A stretch of DNA of 64,000 nucleotides, taken from Malacoraja senta (lineage: Eukaryota). This document shows, in pieces, positions 52,900 through 64,000 of this stretch. Below the pieces are notes generated by a model, which saw only the letters and a program-made list of their open reading frames with translations, was not told the origin of the DNA and ran no database searches. The stretch lies in assembly GCA_038087875.1 (NCBI GenBank), contig CM075988.1, positions 15,748,001 through 15,812,000 of the forward strand. Reading direction: 5' to 3'. The position numbers and the translations under genes are program-made. The first letter of the stretch is position 1, and every line of letters starts with the position of its first letter.

Positions 52900-54060
52900 A
52901 AGCTTCAAGGTGAATCGATGGGAATGAGTTATCAGGAGATTCAGCCTTGGAAGGAGACATCTAAAAATGGCCATATGGAAAATATAGAATATAGATAAAC
53001 AAATACAGTACTTTGAAATACATTTTGTGAATATAACAAGGGGACCACAGGTTGAGGATAAAAGCAAAGGATTTAACAAAGTGTTCAGCCAATGGATGAT
53101 TAACTTGTGGAAGAGTCTTTTAGACAGAAGAGTGGAGAAAATCCATTAGGTTTTGTCGTTAGATAACAATAGGTAAGGTAAACCAAGATTGGATAGTCAA
53201 GATAATCAGGCAACATCGGAATGATTTTGTGAATGGGAGATCAAGTTTCACTAACTTATTGGAATATCATTGAAGAAGTAACATGTGCGGTGGATGAAAA
53301 AGAATCACTGGATGTACTGAGGTTTCCTGAAGGATTTGTCGAGATGTCACACAAAAGTTTTTTTGTAGAAAATGAAAGATCTTTATGTATGTGCAACAAA
53401 TTGGCATGGATAAAAGACTGACTGGCTAACAGGAAACAGAAATGAACAAAAATAGATCCTTTTTCTGGTTGACAAGATGCAATGAGAGGTTTAATGCAGG
53501 GATCTGTACTGGATCTCAATCTTTTGCAGTTTGGATGTAGACATCAAATGTTGCAGAATTTGATGATAGGTAGCAAAGTGGGTTGTGAAGAGGACGTAAG
53601 GATGACATAAAGGAATATATACAGGTTCAGTGAGTGGGCAAAGACCTGAAAAAAGAGTCCAATTTAGGAACGTGAAATTGTTTATTTTGAAAAAATCAAG
53701 GGGCATATCATCTAACTCGTGGGAGACTGCACAGCACTCAGATCTGTAGGTACACAAAAATGCTGGAGAAACTCAGCGGGTGCAGCAGCATCTATGGAGC
53801 GAAGGAGATAGGCAATGTTTCAGGCCAAAATCCTCCATAGATGCTGCTGCACCCGCTGAGTTTCTCCAGCATTTTTGTGTACCTTCGAATTTCCAGCATC
53901 TGCAGTTCCTTCTTAAACACTCAGATCTGAAGGACTTGTGTATCCTGTGCATGTTTGCCAAAGGCTATTATGTAGTTACAACAAGTAATTAGGACTCACA
54001 GAATGTTATTGTTTATCACTAGGGAACTTGAATACAAAATGTTGAATACAAAGGTGGGAG
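52900..54060 (+). mobile_element. Degenerate CR1 LINE with nested palindromic Penelope element (53745-53918)
   Basis: CR1 RT remnants (LTNLLE..EEVT.AVD, LAWIKD.LANRKQ). The nested element is flanked by the CACTCAGATCTG duplication (53735-53746, 53918-53929). Confidence 0.7.
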
Positions 54061-54079
54061 ATTATGTTTCACTGTGACA

Positions 54080-54930
54080 CCCAACCTCTACAGATACACC
54101 AGAGAAAGCATTTTATCAGGATGCATCACAACTTGGTTTGAGAACAGCTCCATCCAAGACCGCAAGAAATTGCAGCGAATTGTTGACACAGCCCACACCA
54201 TCACACAAACAAACCTCCCTTCTATTGACTCCATTTATACCTCATGCTGCCTCGGTAAGGCCAGCAGCATAATCAAGGGCGAGTCGCACCCTGGCCTTCT
54301 CCCCTCTCCCATCTGGCAAAAGGTATAAAAGTGTGAAAACGATTCGTGGACAGTTTCTTTCTAGCTGTTATCAGGCAACTGAATCACCTACCACAAACAG
54401 AGAGCAGTGCTGAACTACCATCTACCTCTTTGATGACCCTCTGACTATCCTTGATTGGACTTTGCTGACTTTACCTTGCACTGAACGTTATTCACTTATC
54501 ATGTATCTATACACTGTAATGGATCGATCGTAATCATGTATTGTCTTTGTGCTGACTGGTTAGCACGCAGCAAAAAGCTTTTCACTGTACCTCGGTACAT
54601 GTGACAATAAACTAAACTGAACTGAACAGTGGAGGAACGAACGCCAGAGACCAGGGTTCAAGCCTGACCTCGATGCTGTCCATGTGGATCTTGCACACTC
54701 TTCCTGGGTTTTCTCCAGGTGCTTCGGTTTCCCCCCACATTACAAAGACATTCAAGTTTGTAGGTTAATTAGCCTCTTTAAATTGCCCCTTGTGTGAAAA
54801 GTGGGATAACATAGAACTAGTGTGAAGGGGCGATCGATGGTCAGTGTGGATGGGGGGGGGGGGGGGGGGGGGGAAGGGCCTGGTTCAATGTGGTATCACA
54901 AAACGTAACTAAACTAAATTAAACTAAATT
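54080..54930 (+). mobile_element. Rex1-like LINE 3' end followed by HE1-like SINE
   Basis: YR.TRESILSGCITTWF.NSSIQDRKKLQRIV; tail TGACAATAAACTAAACTGAAC; SINE from ~54630. Confidence 0.75.
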
Positions 54931-55573
54931 ATACTAGAGAAGGGACTTATGGGACTACTTCTGGAGTACTATGGACTGCTTGGATTTCCTTTATTTTTAA
55001 TGAAGGAGGAATGCATGGAACTGGACTAATTCCTGGAATGAGCAAAACACGGTGTTTGGAGGAACCTACCAGGTAAAGCAGGCTCAAATCACATGGTACT
55101 CAGAATACACTAGAGCAGGGAATGGAAGGACAACATTTTGGGTCCAGAGCCATTTTCAGACTGGGCTGTGGGTGGGGGGTGGGGGAATCCATTCCCTCCA
55201 TGTATTCTGCCTGACCCATTGAGTTCCTCCAACACTTTTGCTCAAGATTGCAGCATCTACAGTTTCTTGTATATCCATAACACTTGGAATGCTTGGGTTG
55301 TTCTATGAGAAAAGATTGGACGGGCTGGGTTTGTTTCTGATGGAGAGTAGAAGATTGGAAGGATCTTGTGGGGGTATCTGGAGTAGTGTCGCTGTTTAAC
55401 AACAAGATAGAACCAGTTAAAAACATAAAGCATTTTTGTTTTCTTTCTGAGTGTTTTGAAATTTTCTTCCTCAAAGGGCAATAGAAGCAGACTTTGAGTA
55501 TGTTTAAGGCAGTGTTAAGAAAGTTTTAGATATTTAAAAACCCTTGTTCTGTGATCACCCTTAAGCCTTTCCG

Positions 55574-56525
55574 GGACAAGTTAGTTGACAGTTCCAGGAC
55601 TAGCATTGTCAACAATAAATTCTCAACCTTGAACCGATCTTCCGCTGTTATCGAGACAGAATATTTATGGAGGATTCACCGTCACTGAGCAAGATAAAGT
55701 AGTTGATGCCCTGTATGGATAAATACATGACAAGCCAAGGGGTGAAACGTTATCACAGGAAAGTGAAGTTAAGATTATATGCAGATCAACCATGAACTTT
55801 AATAGCACAGCAGGTTATAGGGACCAAGTCCCTTCCTAATTCGAATGTGCATTGACCACCACGCCCCCCACCCCCCACCACCACAACTTCCCCACCATTT
55901 TTGTTTGTTGACTCCGAACTCCTGTTGAGTGAACTGTATTGAAGCGTTTTACATCTTCTGTGCAGCCCTGTTTGAATTTCCCGGGCTAGATGAGTTTTCC
56001 CTCCAGTGAAAGGGCGCTTGATACCGGCGCTAAATTCAAAGTAGTCAGTTGGTTTGAGACGCCGGAACTCAGAGTATATAAAGCGGCTCAAATCACAGTG
56101 GATTCGGGGTACATTGGATGAGGACGCCGAGAGGAGGATCAGCGTGGAACTAGTGAGGTGAGCGGAGCAGAGCAGAGCAGCAACCCAGAGCTCCGTGCCT
56201 AGTCATATAGGGTGCCGAATTGTCTCAATGTTCGCTGAGAAACAGTAGTAAGCACAAACGTGCAAATCAATGTAAGACTTTTTTGTAAGAGTCTCCATGG
56301 AGACAAACTAGGTCACGGGGCTGTTCTGAGCTCTATGCCTCCCGCGAGACTGGCAAATTCCAATGCAATATCCGCATTGGACGTTTCATTCGCCAGTAAC
56401 AGGGTGAAATCGCAGCTAAGTATTCGGTCTCGATAACAGCGCAAGATTGGTTCACGGTTGGGATTTCCTGTAACCGTCTTACATTGTTGTAGACCCTAGT
56501 CCTGGGACTGTAACGAACTCTGTCC
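55574..56525. repeat. Diverged inverted repeat pair (55574-55687 / 56394-56525)
   Basis: 55625-55663 matches the reverse complement of 56421-56459 at 35/39 nt; similarity extends to GGACA.GTT..TT.ACAGT.CCAGGACTAG. Confidence 0.85.
55971..56304 (+). promoter_or_regulatory. Candidate promoter/first exon of the miR-34b/c host transcript
   Basis: TTTGAATTTCCCG (55971), inverted GGCGCTAAATTCAAA (56026-56040), MYB-type CAGTTG (56046), TATATAAA (56075-56082), donor GAG|GTGAGC after 56157, palindromic X-box-like GTCTCCATGGAGAC (56291-56304). Motif inference only. Confidence 0.45.
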
Positions 56526-59150
56526 ACGCAACAAGCAGTTTATTAATCCATTGGAGTGGAAGCGACTTTAAATCACTTTATAGTGGGCTAGGGCAATTTG
56601 TGAGGAGAATTCCCGGACCCGAAGTATTGATACAGTCTCTCTTTTCCAACAGATAATGCCTGACCAACTGAATGTTGCTAAAATGTTCTTTATCTTTGAC
56701 CCTGCCAATTTACAGATTTGGTCTTGTGATTTGTTAGGTTACGTTTAAGGCTGATGAAGGGAAAGACGTTCTGAACTTGAGTACCGAGGGTCAAGCTAAT
56801 TTAAATAAGCCTGATTTGTGCCTAAGGTTCGTAAAGATTTGTTTAAATTAAATGCTGAACGAATTTGCAAGTGCGGAGTATAAATACTTTCGTTAAACTA
56901 TTATCAATACTTAATAAAGTTGTAGATTAGCTTTAGTGTTTCAGGGTAAAGCGGAAATAATGAACCCCAAACCTTCACGTCACTGTGGGGGGTTCTTTAA
57001 ATGTCTAAATATTTTATTTTAATGGCTTTTAGCCTAAAAGGTCAAAGTTGCATTGACATGGAGAGTTTAACGGAGTGAATACCCCAGTGAACGTGAGGGA
57101 ACACTTGCCAAATCAAATTTGATACCAAGCCAATACAAGGACGCATTTGGACCATTGGCCAAAAGTTGCGTCAAACACTTTTTAGGGGAGTTCTTCAAGT
57201 GAAAGAGTTGAAGCGAATTGGGGATGAACTTCAGGAGCACAGGGACTCGACACATGAAATCCCGTGGTGATTAAAATCGGGATGGACAAGAGACCAGAAC
57301 TGGAAGATGGCTTATTCTGCGCCTTTTGTGTCACTTTAAAGACTGGAAGGGCTTGGCAGGCAAAGTATTTTACCGACGAAGGGTCTCGACCCGAACCGTC
57401 ACCTATTATTTTCCTCCAGAGATGCTGCCTCACCCGCTGAGTTACTCCAGCAGTTTGTATCTATCTTCAAAGTATTTTAAACTGTTGTTGCTGTTACAAT
57501 GCAATTGTAATAACTTTCATAAATAAGAATGCGATCTATGTAACATCTTTTGCGCTTTAATGGTGTTGTATATCCATTTTATGCCCACCTATTAATTTCT
57601 TCCGTTTATTTCCTCTCTAATCAATATATTAAATCCACATTCGATATTTTATTCCATTTAATCACCAGTCTATCGCCGATATAATGACCGAGCTGTATAT
57701 TAGCGGGGAAATGTCAGTGATTGCATTAACGAGCAGCAAAATAGGAGCAACAAAGACGTGTATTTGCTTAGCGTCTTTCAAGAGTTCCGGGCGCATTCCA
57801 ACCAATGAAGTAATTTGGTGGTCTTGTCGTTAATAATGGAGGAAACGCCATTTATTCGCAGCAAGGTCAAACGAAAATGGTGTGTCATTATGAATGATGA
57901 ATTAAGGACCAATATTGGCCTTGAAGTCTCGGTTTAATTTCCTATTCCCAAGACTAGATTCACCCCAGGTGTTTGTTCAAGCTTTGAATTCGCACCAACT
58001 CGAGGTGGTAATTACACAAATTGACCCTTAAGACGTAGGATCAGAATTGGACCATTCGCCCCATCGAGTCTGCTTGCCATTCGATCATGGCTGATCTATT
58101 CCCCCCCCCCCCTCAATCACATTCTCCTGCCTTCTCCCCGTAACCTTTGACGCCCTTTCTAAGCAAGAAGCCACAACTGACCATAGTCCTGCCTCAAATG
58201 TGTTAATGAGGGAGGGAGGGGGGGGGGAAGAGGCAGGGGAGCATCATGTGTGCCGTGCCAACCTTTGTGGTGTGAATCAACCCGATACCGTATCCTGGAT
58301 AGTAACGGCTGGCCTGGGCGGGCCACACCTTAACCAGGTATAAGAACGGCCTGGGTTGATGTTTACAGGTAGCGGTGTAGCCGCGTGAAACGACCCGCGT
58401 CACTGTCCCCCTGACTACACACTGTACACACAGCCCTTGCCTAGCGTTTGCCAGATTACCGCAACTTGGAGCTAACTCTCTCCGTAGCCAGGTACAGTTC
58501 AACCAATTACCTGATAATTAGTCAAAAATAGTTATTTTAGTTGGAACTCTCGATGGAGCAAATTATTATTCGATTCGTCCCACGGAAGCAAATCGGAAAG
58601 TTTAGGAACATTTTTTTAAACTGCATTTCGTTTCCACGTTTTATTTCTCATTGCATGTTTAGAGGTCTAGAACTCGAGTCCGTGTTGGTATTTCAATCGA
58701 TTAATCCCTCTTCATTGCAGTGGGAGTTGAACTTTTCCCTGTTGTGTTCCTGTTTTAAAAAGTTAAATGTTATTTAATTAACTTGATGTTATTAATGGAC
58801 AAGTGGCCTGTATCTGTTTTAAAAACCCGGGAATAATTCTGTTGAGGTCGACTTTTGACTAATTTGTGTAGACCCCAATTTAATAACTGGAACGCCTACT
58901 GAATTAGTATAAAATTTAAAAAAACGGACTTTTCGTGAACTTGGCTGTGACATTTAAGATTACGTTTTCATTTAAATTGTATACTTCGTTTAAAAAGTTG
59001 AATTGGGATTGTGCAGAGGACGGCGTGTAAATGATTGTAATATTTCTGAATAGTTGTGGAATGTTAATTCGACCGAATCTTTCCTCCTTTTGCCCATCCA
59101 GGCTAGCATTGCTGACGATTGCCCCCACCCCCTTTCGGACAGAAAGGCCA

Positions 59151-59231
59151 GGCCGGGTTTGGAGGCAGTGTAGTTAGCTGATTGCGGACAATGACGGTCA
59201 ATCACTACATACACTACCATCAAAAGAGGCC
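59151..59231 (+). ncRNA. MIR34B: pre-miR-34b
   Basis: 5p AGGCAGTGTAGTTAGCTGATTGC (59163-59185); 3p AATCACTACATACACTACCATC (59200-59221). Flanks CGGGTTTG...CCATCAAAA resemble the miR-34b precursor; first of the pair. Confidence 0.93.
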
Positions 59232-59890
59232 GCACCTCGCCACCAGCGCCTCCTGCAGTCCGGTGTCCGCATTAACTGCACCCAGGCTGCTCCGACACCT
59301 CGTCTGATATTCGCCATTGGTGGCCCTTCCTCAGCTGCGAGATCACAACGCTCTAACTTTCTCAAATAATCATTACCAAATCCTTCAATATGCATTCTCT
59401 CAGATTCCAATTTGGCTAATTTTGCGATTTAGAACAAATAATATTTAATAGATTTAAGGTGCAAATGCTTGAAATAGTGTGTATGTTAAGCTTCATTTAT
59501 GGATGTTGGAAGCATCGGTTTTTTTTGGTGAACTTCTGACTAATGAAATAACTTGTTGGTAGACAAAAAATGCTGGAGGAACTCCGTGGGCCAGGCAGCA
59601 TCTCTGGAGAGAAGGAATGGGTGACTTGTTGGAATCTGTTAACACCGCATTCACCCAATGTTCGTTCACAACTTTTTTTGATCAAACGCAAGTTGTTATT
59701 CCCAAATTGTTTTAAATACTCGTTACGTTTAACTGGATTCCGTTCATAACTGACAACAAAACGTTTATTACAGGAGGTTTTTTGTTATGATGTATTTTTT
59801 AATGTTTGTTTTTGTCACAGTTTATTTTCCGGCCACGTTGAATTCTCGGCATCGTGTGCTGAAATCGAATATCGTTTGTATTTGTTACAC

Positions 59891-59970
59891 GCCTGGTTGC
59901 TAGGCAGTGTAGTTAGCTGATTGGTAACTGATAACTAAGCAATCACTAACCACACGGCCAGGCAAAAAGG
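59891..59970 (+). ncRNA. MIR34C: pre-miR-34c
   Basis: 5p AGGCAGTGTAGTTAGCTGATTG (from 59902); 3p AATCACTAACCACACGGCCAGG (59941-59962), matching miR-34c-3p, followed by AAAAAG. Confidence 0.95.
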
Positions 59971-62900
59971 TCAGAATTTCATCTTGAATTGGGTACAACA
60001 AGGACCAAGGGAGAATGGACGGATTGTGAAAGATTTAATGCCAGTTTCCAGGAACTGAACACGGTGGACATTTTAACTTGTTAAATCTTAACGTGGCTTT
60101 TGATAAAGTTGAAAACACTGTACTTTATGATCACGTGCTTTCTATTAATACCCGGACCATCGTAATTAACACCTTTAATGTTTCGATGCATGTTGAGTTT
60201 CTGTATATTAAATAAAACCTTTTTGGGACTTGTTTCTCTGATTGTTCTTGAGGCCAATGTCTTCCAGACTACCATTGCAGATTTCACGAATATGTTGGTG
60301 GAAGGAAAGGGGAGGGTGCACCGTACGGGTTGGATACTTCAGTGTGCGTTGGGAGGAACTGCAGATACTGGTTTACACCGAAGGCAGACACAAAGCTGGA
60401 GTAACTCAACGGGTCAGACAGCATCTCTGGAGAAAATGAATATGTGACGCATTGGGGTCTCAAGAAGGGTCTCGATGCGAATCGTCACGTATTACTTTTC
60501 TCCAGAGATGCTGACTGAGACGCTGAGTTGCTCCAGCATTTTATTTCTATGGCTATATAATTTCTCGGGTTCAACTCTAATATTTGAGAAGGATGAGATC
60601 TATCCAGCAGAATGGGTAGAAGCAACCAATTACATGGATTTATTCCTGTTTTTGGGAGCAACAATTGATCAGACTCAAGAGACGGGGGTTTTCACGCCAT
60701 TCGTTTGGATGCATAAGAAACTGTAGATACTGGAATCCTGAGCACAAAAAAAAAACAAATTGCTGGGGGAATTCAGCGGTTCAGGCAGCATCTATGGAGG
60801 GACGTTTCGGGTCGGGGCTTTTGGAAACATTTCTTTGCATAGCTCGATCGTATTTTAGTGCAGTGTGCTCGTGCTCCGGGCAAACCGTAAACTGGAAACT
60901 TTCCATAAAAACAAAACTAAGGACACATTTTGCATGACTTGAACGCCGTCAACCCTGAAATTATATGACGAATACAGTTAGCAGCGGTACCTGACAAATG
61001 TTCCTGCTCCTTCAGGAAATAGTGGAAGCGAAGCGGCGAAACTGTACGGGCTAACATGTAACCCTCGAGTTCTTCTCTCAAACGGCCGTGCTCAACCACT
61101 GCGCTGATTTTATTTTTTTGTGCGTGTTTAGGAAGGAACTGCAGATGCTGGTTTGAACCGAAGATAGACACAAAAATGCTGGAGTAACTCAGCAGGACAG
61201 GCAGCATCACTGGAGAGAAAGAATGGAAGTTTCGGGTCGAGATCCTTCTTCAGACTCCAGCATTTTGTATCTATCTTTTTTGTGCGTGTCGGGTATCAGT
61301 CTGGGAATGAAATGCAATTTTTTTTCTTCATTTTCCCCATTATCAAGATCAAGTATTCGCCGAGCTACTGGGATGGTTCAAATGTTTTTTAAAAAGTCTT
61401 GATTATGTCCTAACTATTCCCAACTTCAAAAGTGCACCACTTTAATGCCAATGTACTTTTGACGTCTCCTGTAAAAGGATAAATTGTGGCTGGGCCCTGC
61501 TTACACCAGAGACAAAGAAAAGCGAACCCCAATACTCTTTCCTGGTGAAAGTTTTCCGGCTTAAAACTAACAATGTTTCTCGCTCTCTAGATGCTGCCTG
61601 AACGGCGGGTTCCTCTCATTCCTTCCTTTTCATCGCATTCATTGTATTAGTGCAAGTTCACAGACTGCTCAAGCACAGAACGCGTCAATATGACACAGCG
61701 CACAGTGGAGAAAAATGCACTCGTTATATATACATTTATTTGAAGCAATTTATCCTCCCCCATCCTAACTCGCGTGTTCTCCACGAAGCTAAACCTCGAG
61801 AAACAAACTCTTCAATAAAACCAGTTATTATATTTTATAATTCAGAGGGCCCTCGGTGATAAAGAGGTAAACAATGTACATCAAACAATGAGTAAAATAA
61901 TGGAACGCAATGTTCACTGAAATGTCATTTATATGAAAATATATATTACTGCTAACATTACGCGGCGTCGCACAAACAAAATACTGTATGTTCTTTCCTG
62001 GAGTTAGTTTCCTGAGCCCACGCCATTCTGGCCACACCCTCTCCTCGCTGCTACTATGGGGAAGAAAGTACTGAGAGCCAGTTACCCATTAGGTTCCAGA
62101 ACCATTCTGCACAATCCTACCTCACGCAATCTAACCATACCAACCCACTAGCGACTTAGCACTACTATGTTTCCCTCGCTTTTTCAACTTAACGTAGAAT
62201 AACTGATTTTGTATTCTTAATGGTGTAGGTGTGTCTTATATGCCTGTAATGCTGCAGCAAATAAGAATTTAATTGTCCCGGTTCATATCCAGTGCACATG
62301 GCAAATAAAGACACTTTCATATTTTGCCAAAATATTTCTATGGTATTTTGATGTCTAATCGGCCAAACTCGCGTATTTGTGTTTCCAATTCTACCATCTT
62401 TAATGCACAAGGTTTTGCAAAAAGAAAAACAATCAGAGAATATTGTGCTAGACAAAAATGCTGGAGAAACTCAGCGGGTGAGGCAGCATCTATGGAGCTA
62501 AGGAAATAGGCAATGTTTCGGGCCGAAACCCTTCTTCAGACTCTTGTTCTGTTAGCAGAATATTGTGCTACGATGTTACAGTGTCGCAGCTACGGATAAA
62601 CTGCAGATGTTTTAAAAAGTGCACGGGCCGCATTGTGATAAATTGGGAGATCGGGACTACACCCATTGCGTATGAGCGGTCAGTTCAGTAGTCAAATCAG
62701 TTATCGTGTCCCAGCCTCTATTTTGCAGCTTCCTCTCCCATCCCTTCATCCTATTCAATGTGCCCGAAGAAAGGTCCCGTCCCGAAAAGTCGCCTCTTCA
62801 TTTCCTCCGCAGATTCTGCCTGGCCCGCTGAGTTCCTCCATCATTTTGTGTTTTGCTCAATATTTCGGCATCTACTGTTCGTTGTGTCTCCGCTCTATTC

Positions 62901-63194
62901 ATTCTCCTACTCTCTTTCCATACCTTTGCAAATTTAACTTTGCACTGAGCAAAATAACCCCAACGACAGATGTCTCCAAGGAACTGAACTCTCATCGCCT
63001 GCCTACTGGTACCCTGATACATGGTTGAAAAGTCCGTGCAGGGACATTTGCACAAACGGCAGAGGCTCCAGTACAGACATAAAATGTTGCAGTAACACAG
63101 AGGATCAGACAGCATCTCTGGAGAAAAGGAATAGGTGACGTTTCGACTCTTTGGTGTCAACCACCATCTGCAGTGAGTTCCTGCCTCCAGACAG

Positions 63195-63560
63195 CGGCCA
63201 GGGTACCCCGGTCACGTGCGCCCCGGAACGCCATCACCACAGGAGACCGTTGCCACGGGAACGGCCCGCATTAGCTTCCATTCCGCCGCTGGGTGGGAGA
63301 CGCGCTCAGTGATTGGTCGTTCTGGTCCCGGCCGGAACACTGCGCCGCGCGCCCCCGGGGTTGCTATGGTGAGTAGCGGCCGCGCGCCTCCAGGGTTGCT
63401 ATGGCGAGGAGCGACTGCGCGCCCTCCGGTTGCCATGGTGAGGAGCGGCCGCGCGCCCCCAGGGTTGCCATGGTGAGGAGCGGCCGCGCGCCCCTGGGTT
63501 GCCATGCTGAGGAGCGGCCGCGCGCCCCCGGGTTGCCATGGCGAGGAGCAGCGGCGAGCG
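63195..63560 (+). promoter_or_regulatory. HOATZ CpG-island promoter with RFX X-box, E-box and CCAAT box
   Basis: GTCACGTG (63211), GTTGCCACGGGAAC (63249-63262), ATTGG (63312), then six tandem X-box-like motifs; very CpG-rich. Confidence 0.7.
63345..63549. repeat. 34-35 bp minisatellite, 6 copies, each with GTTGC(C/T)ATG(G/C)(T/C)GA
   Basis: Motif starts at 63360, 63395, 63429, 63464, 63498, 63532; unit ~GGGTTGCCATGGTGAGGAGCGGCCGCGCGCCCCC. Confidence 0.95.
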
Positions 63561-63807
63561 ATGGCCGAGGTTCACCTGCCGGCCGAGGCCGGGCCCAAGC
63601 CGGAGCCGGAGACGGAGGCCGAGGCCGAGACCGACTCTCGCTCCCTCTACACCGTGTTCGCCGGGTCCTCGCCGGAGGACGTTGCCTACGCCAAAGTGTT
63701 CTGGAGCTCGCTGTCGCTGCAGCCGCCGCTCGAGTCCCGTCTGGTGTCTGGAGACATCAAGCAGCGGCTGAAGGCGGCGCCGCCCGCAGGGTGCAAGCCC
63801 TCCAAAG
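63561..63807 (+). CDS. HOATZ: HOATZ (C11orf88, cilia- and flagella-associated) coding exon 1; gene continues beyond the window
   Basis: MAEVHLP...[44 protein letters not shown] matches the HOATZ motif VFAGSS..D...AK.FW.S....PP.ES.LV...QRL. Good Kozak context (GCGATGG), probable donor AAG|GTGATG after 63807, expected position downstream of miR-34b/c. Confidence 0.88.
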
Positions 63808-64000
63808 GTGATGGAAGAGGAGGGGAGGAGGACGAAGGAATGCGGAGAGAGGGGGAACGAAGGGAGGGGAGGGGAGACGAAGGGATGGGAGGATGCAGGG
63901 AGGGGAGGATGCAGGGATGGATGAGAAGGAGGACCAAGGGATGGGGGTAGGAGGACCAAGGGATGGGGGGGGGGGGGGGGGGGGGGTAAGAGGACGAAGG

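Noticed and set aside
55500-59150. p53 response element expected for miR-34b/c
   Set aside because: No convincing double RRRCWWGYYY found by eye; a PWM scan is needed before calling it absent.
63345-63549. CRISPR-like appearance of the 34-35 bp repeat
   Set aside because: Units are contiguous with no unique spacers, no cas genes, and the context is eukaryotic.
63399-63959. 186-aa minus-strand ORF and other frames over the HOATZ exon
   Set aside because: Shadow ORFs of the GC-rich exon, minisatellite and purine-rich intron.

Overview
Vertebrate genomic DNA, almost certainly a cartilaginous fish (skate/ray-like, judged from HE1 V-SINEs, CR1/HER1 LINEs, Deu-type SINEs and Penelope fragments). 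The window corresponds to the conserved BTG4 - miR-34b/c - HOATZ block (human 11q23). It contains, in order: (1) a divergent multi-exon ZPLD1-like (cupulin-like ZP-domain) gene on the minus strand, 9 exons reconstructed at 1242-10933, last exon unresolved; (2) BTG4 on the minus strand, present twice because ~8.87 kb (18301-27166 = 27367-36231) is repeated almost base-for-base across a 200-N gap, most likely a false assembly duplication; (3) a full-length but decayed CsRN1-type Gypsy LTR retrotransposon (37007-42541) with a nested ~1 kb insertion; (4) a candidate promoter module at ~55.6-56.6 kb bracketed by an inverted repeat; (5) miR-34b and miR-34c hairpins; (6) HOATZ exon 1, preceded by a six-copy minisatellite in which every unit carries an RFX X-box-like motif. 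Penelope-derived short elements with a minimal hammerhead-ribozyme core, often as palindromes, are scattered throughout. All calls were made by eye and from remembered family sequences; no searches were run.
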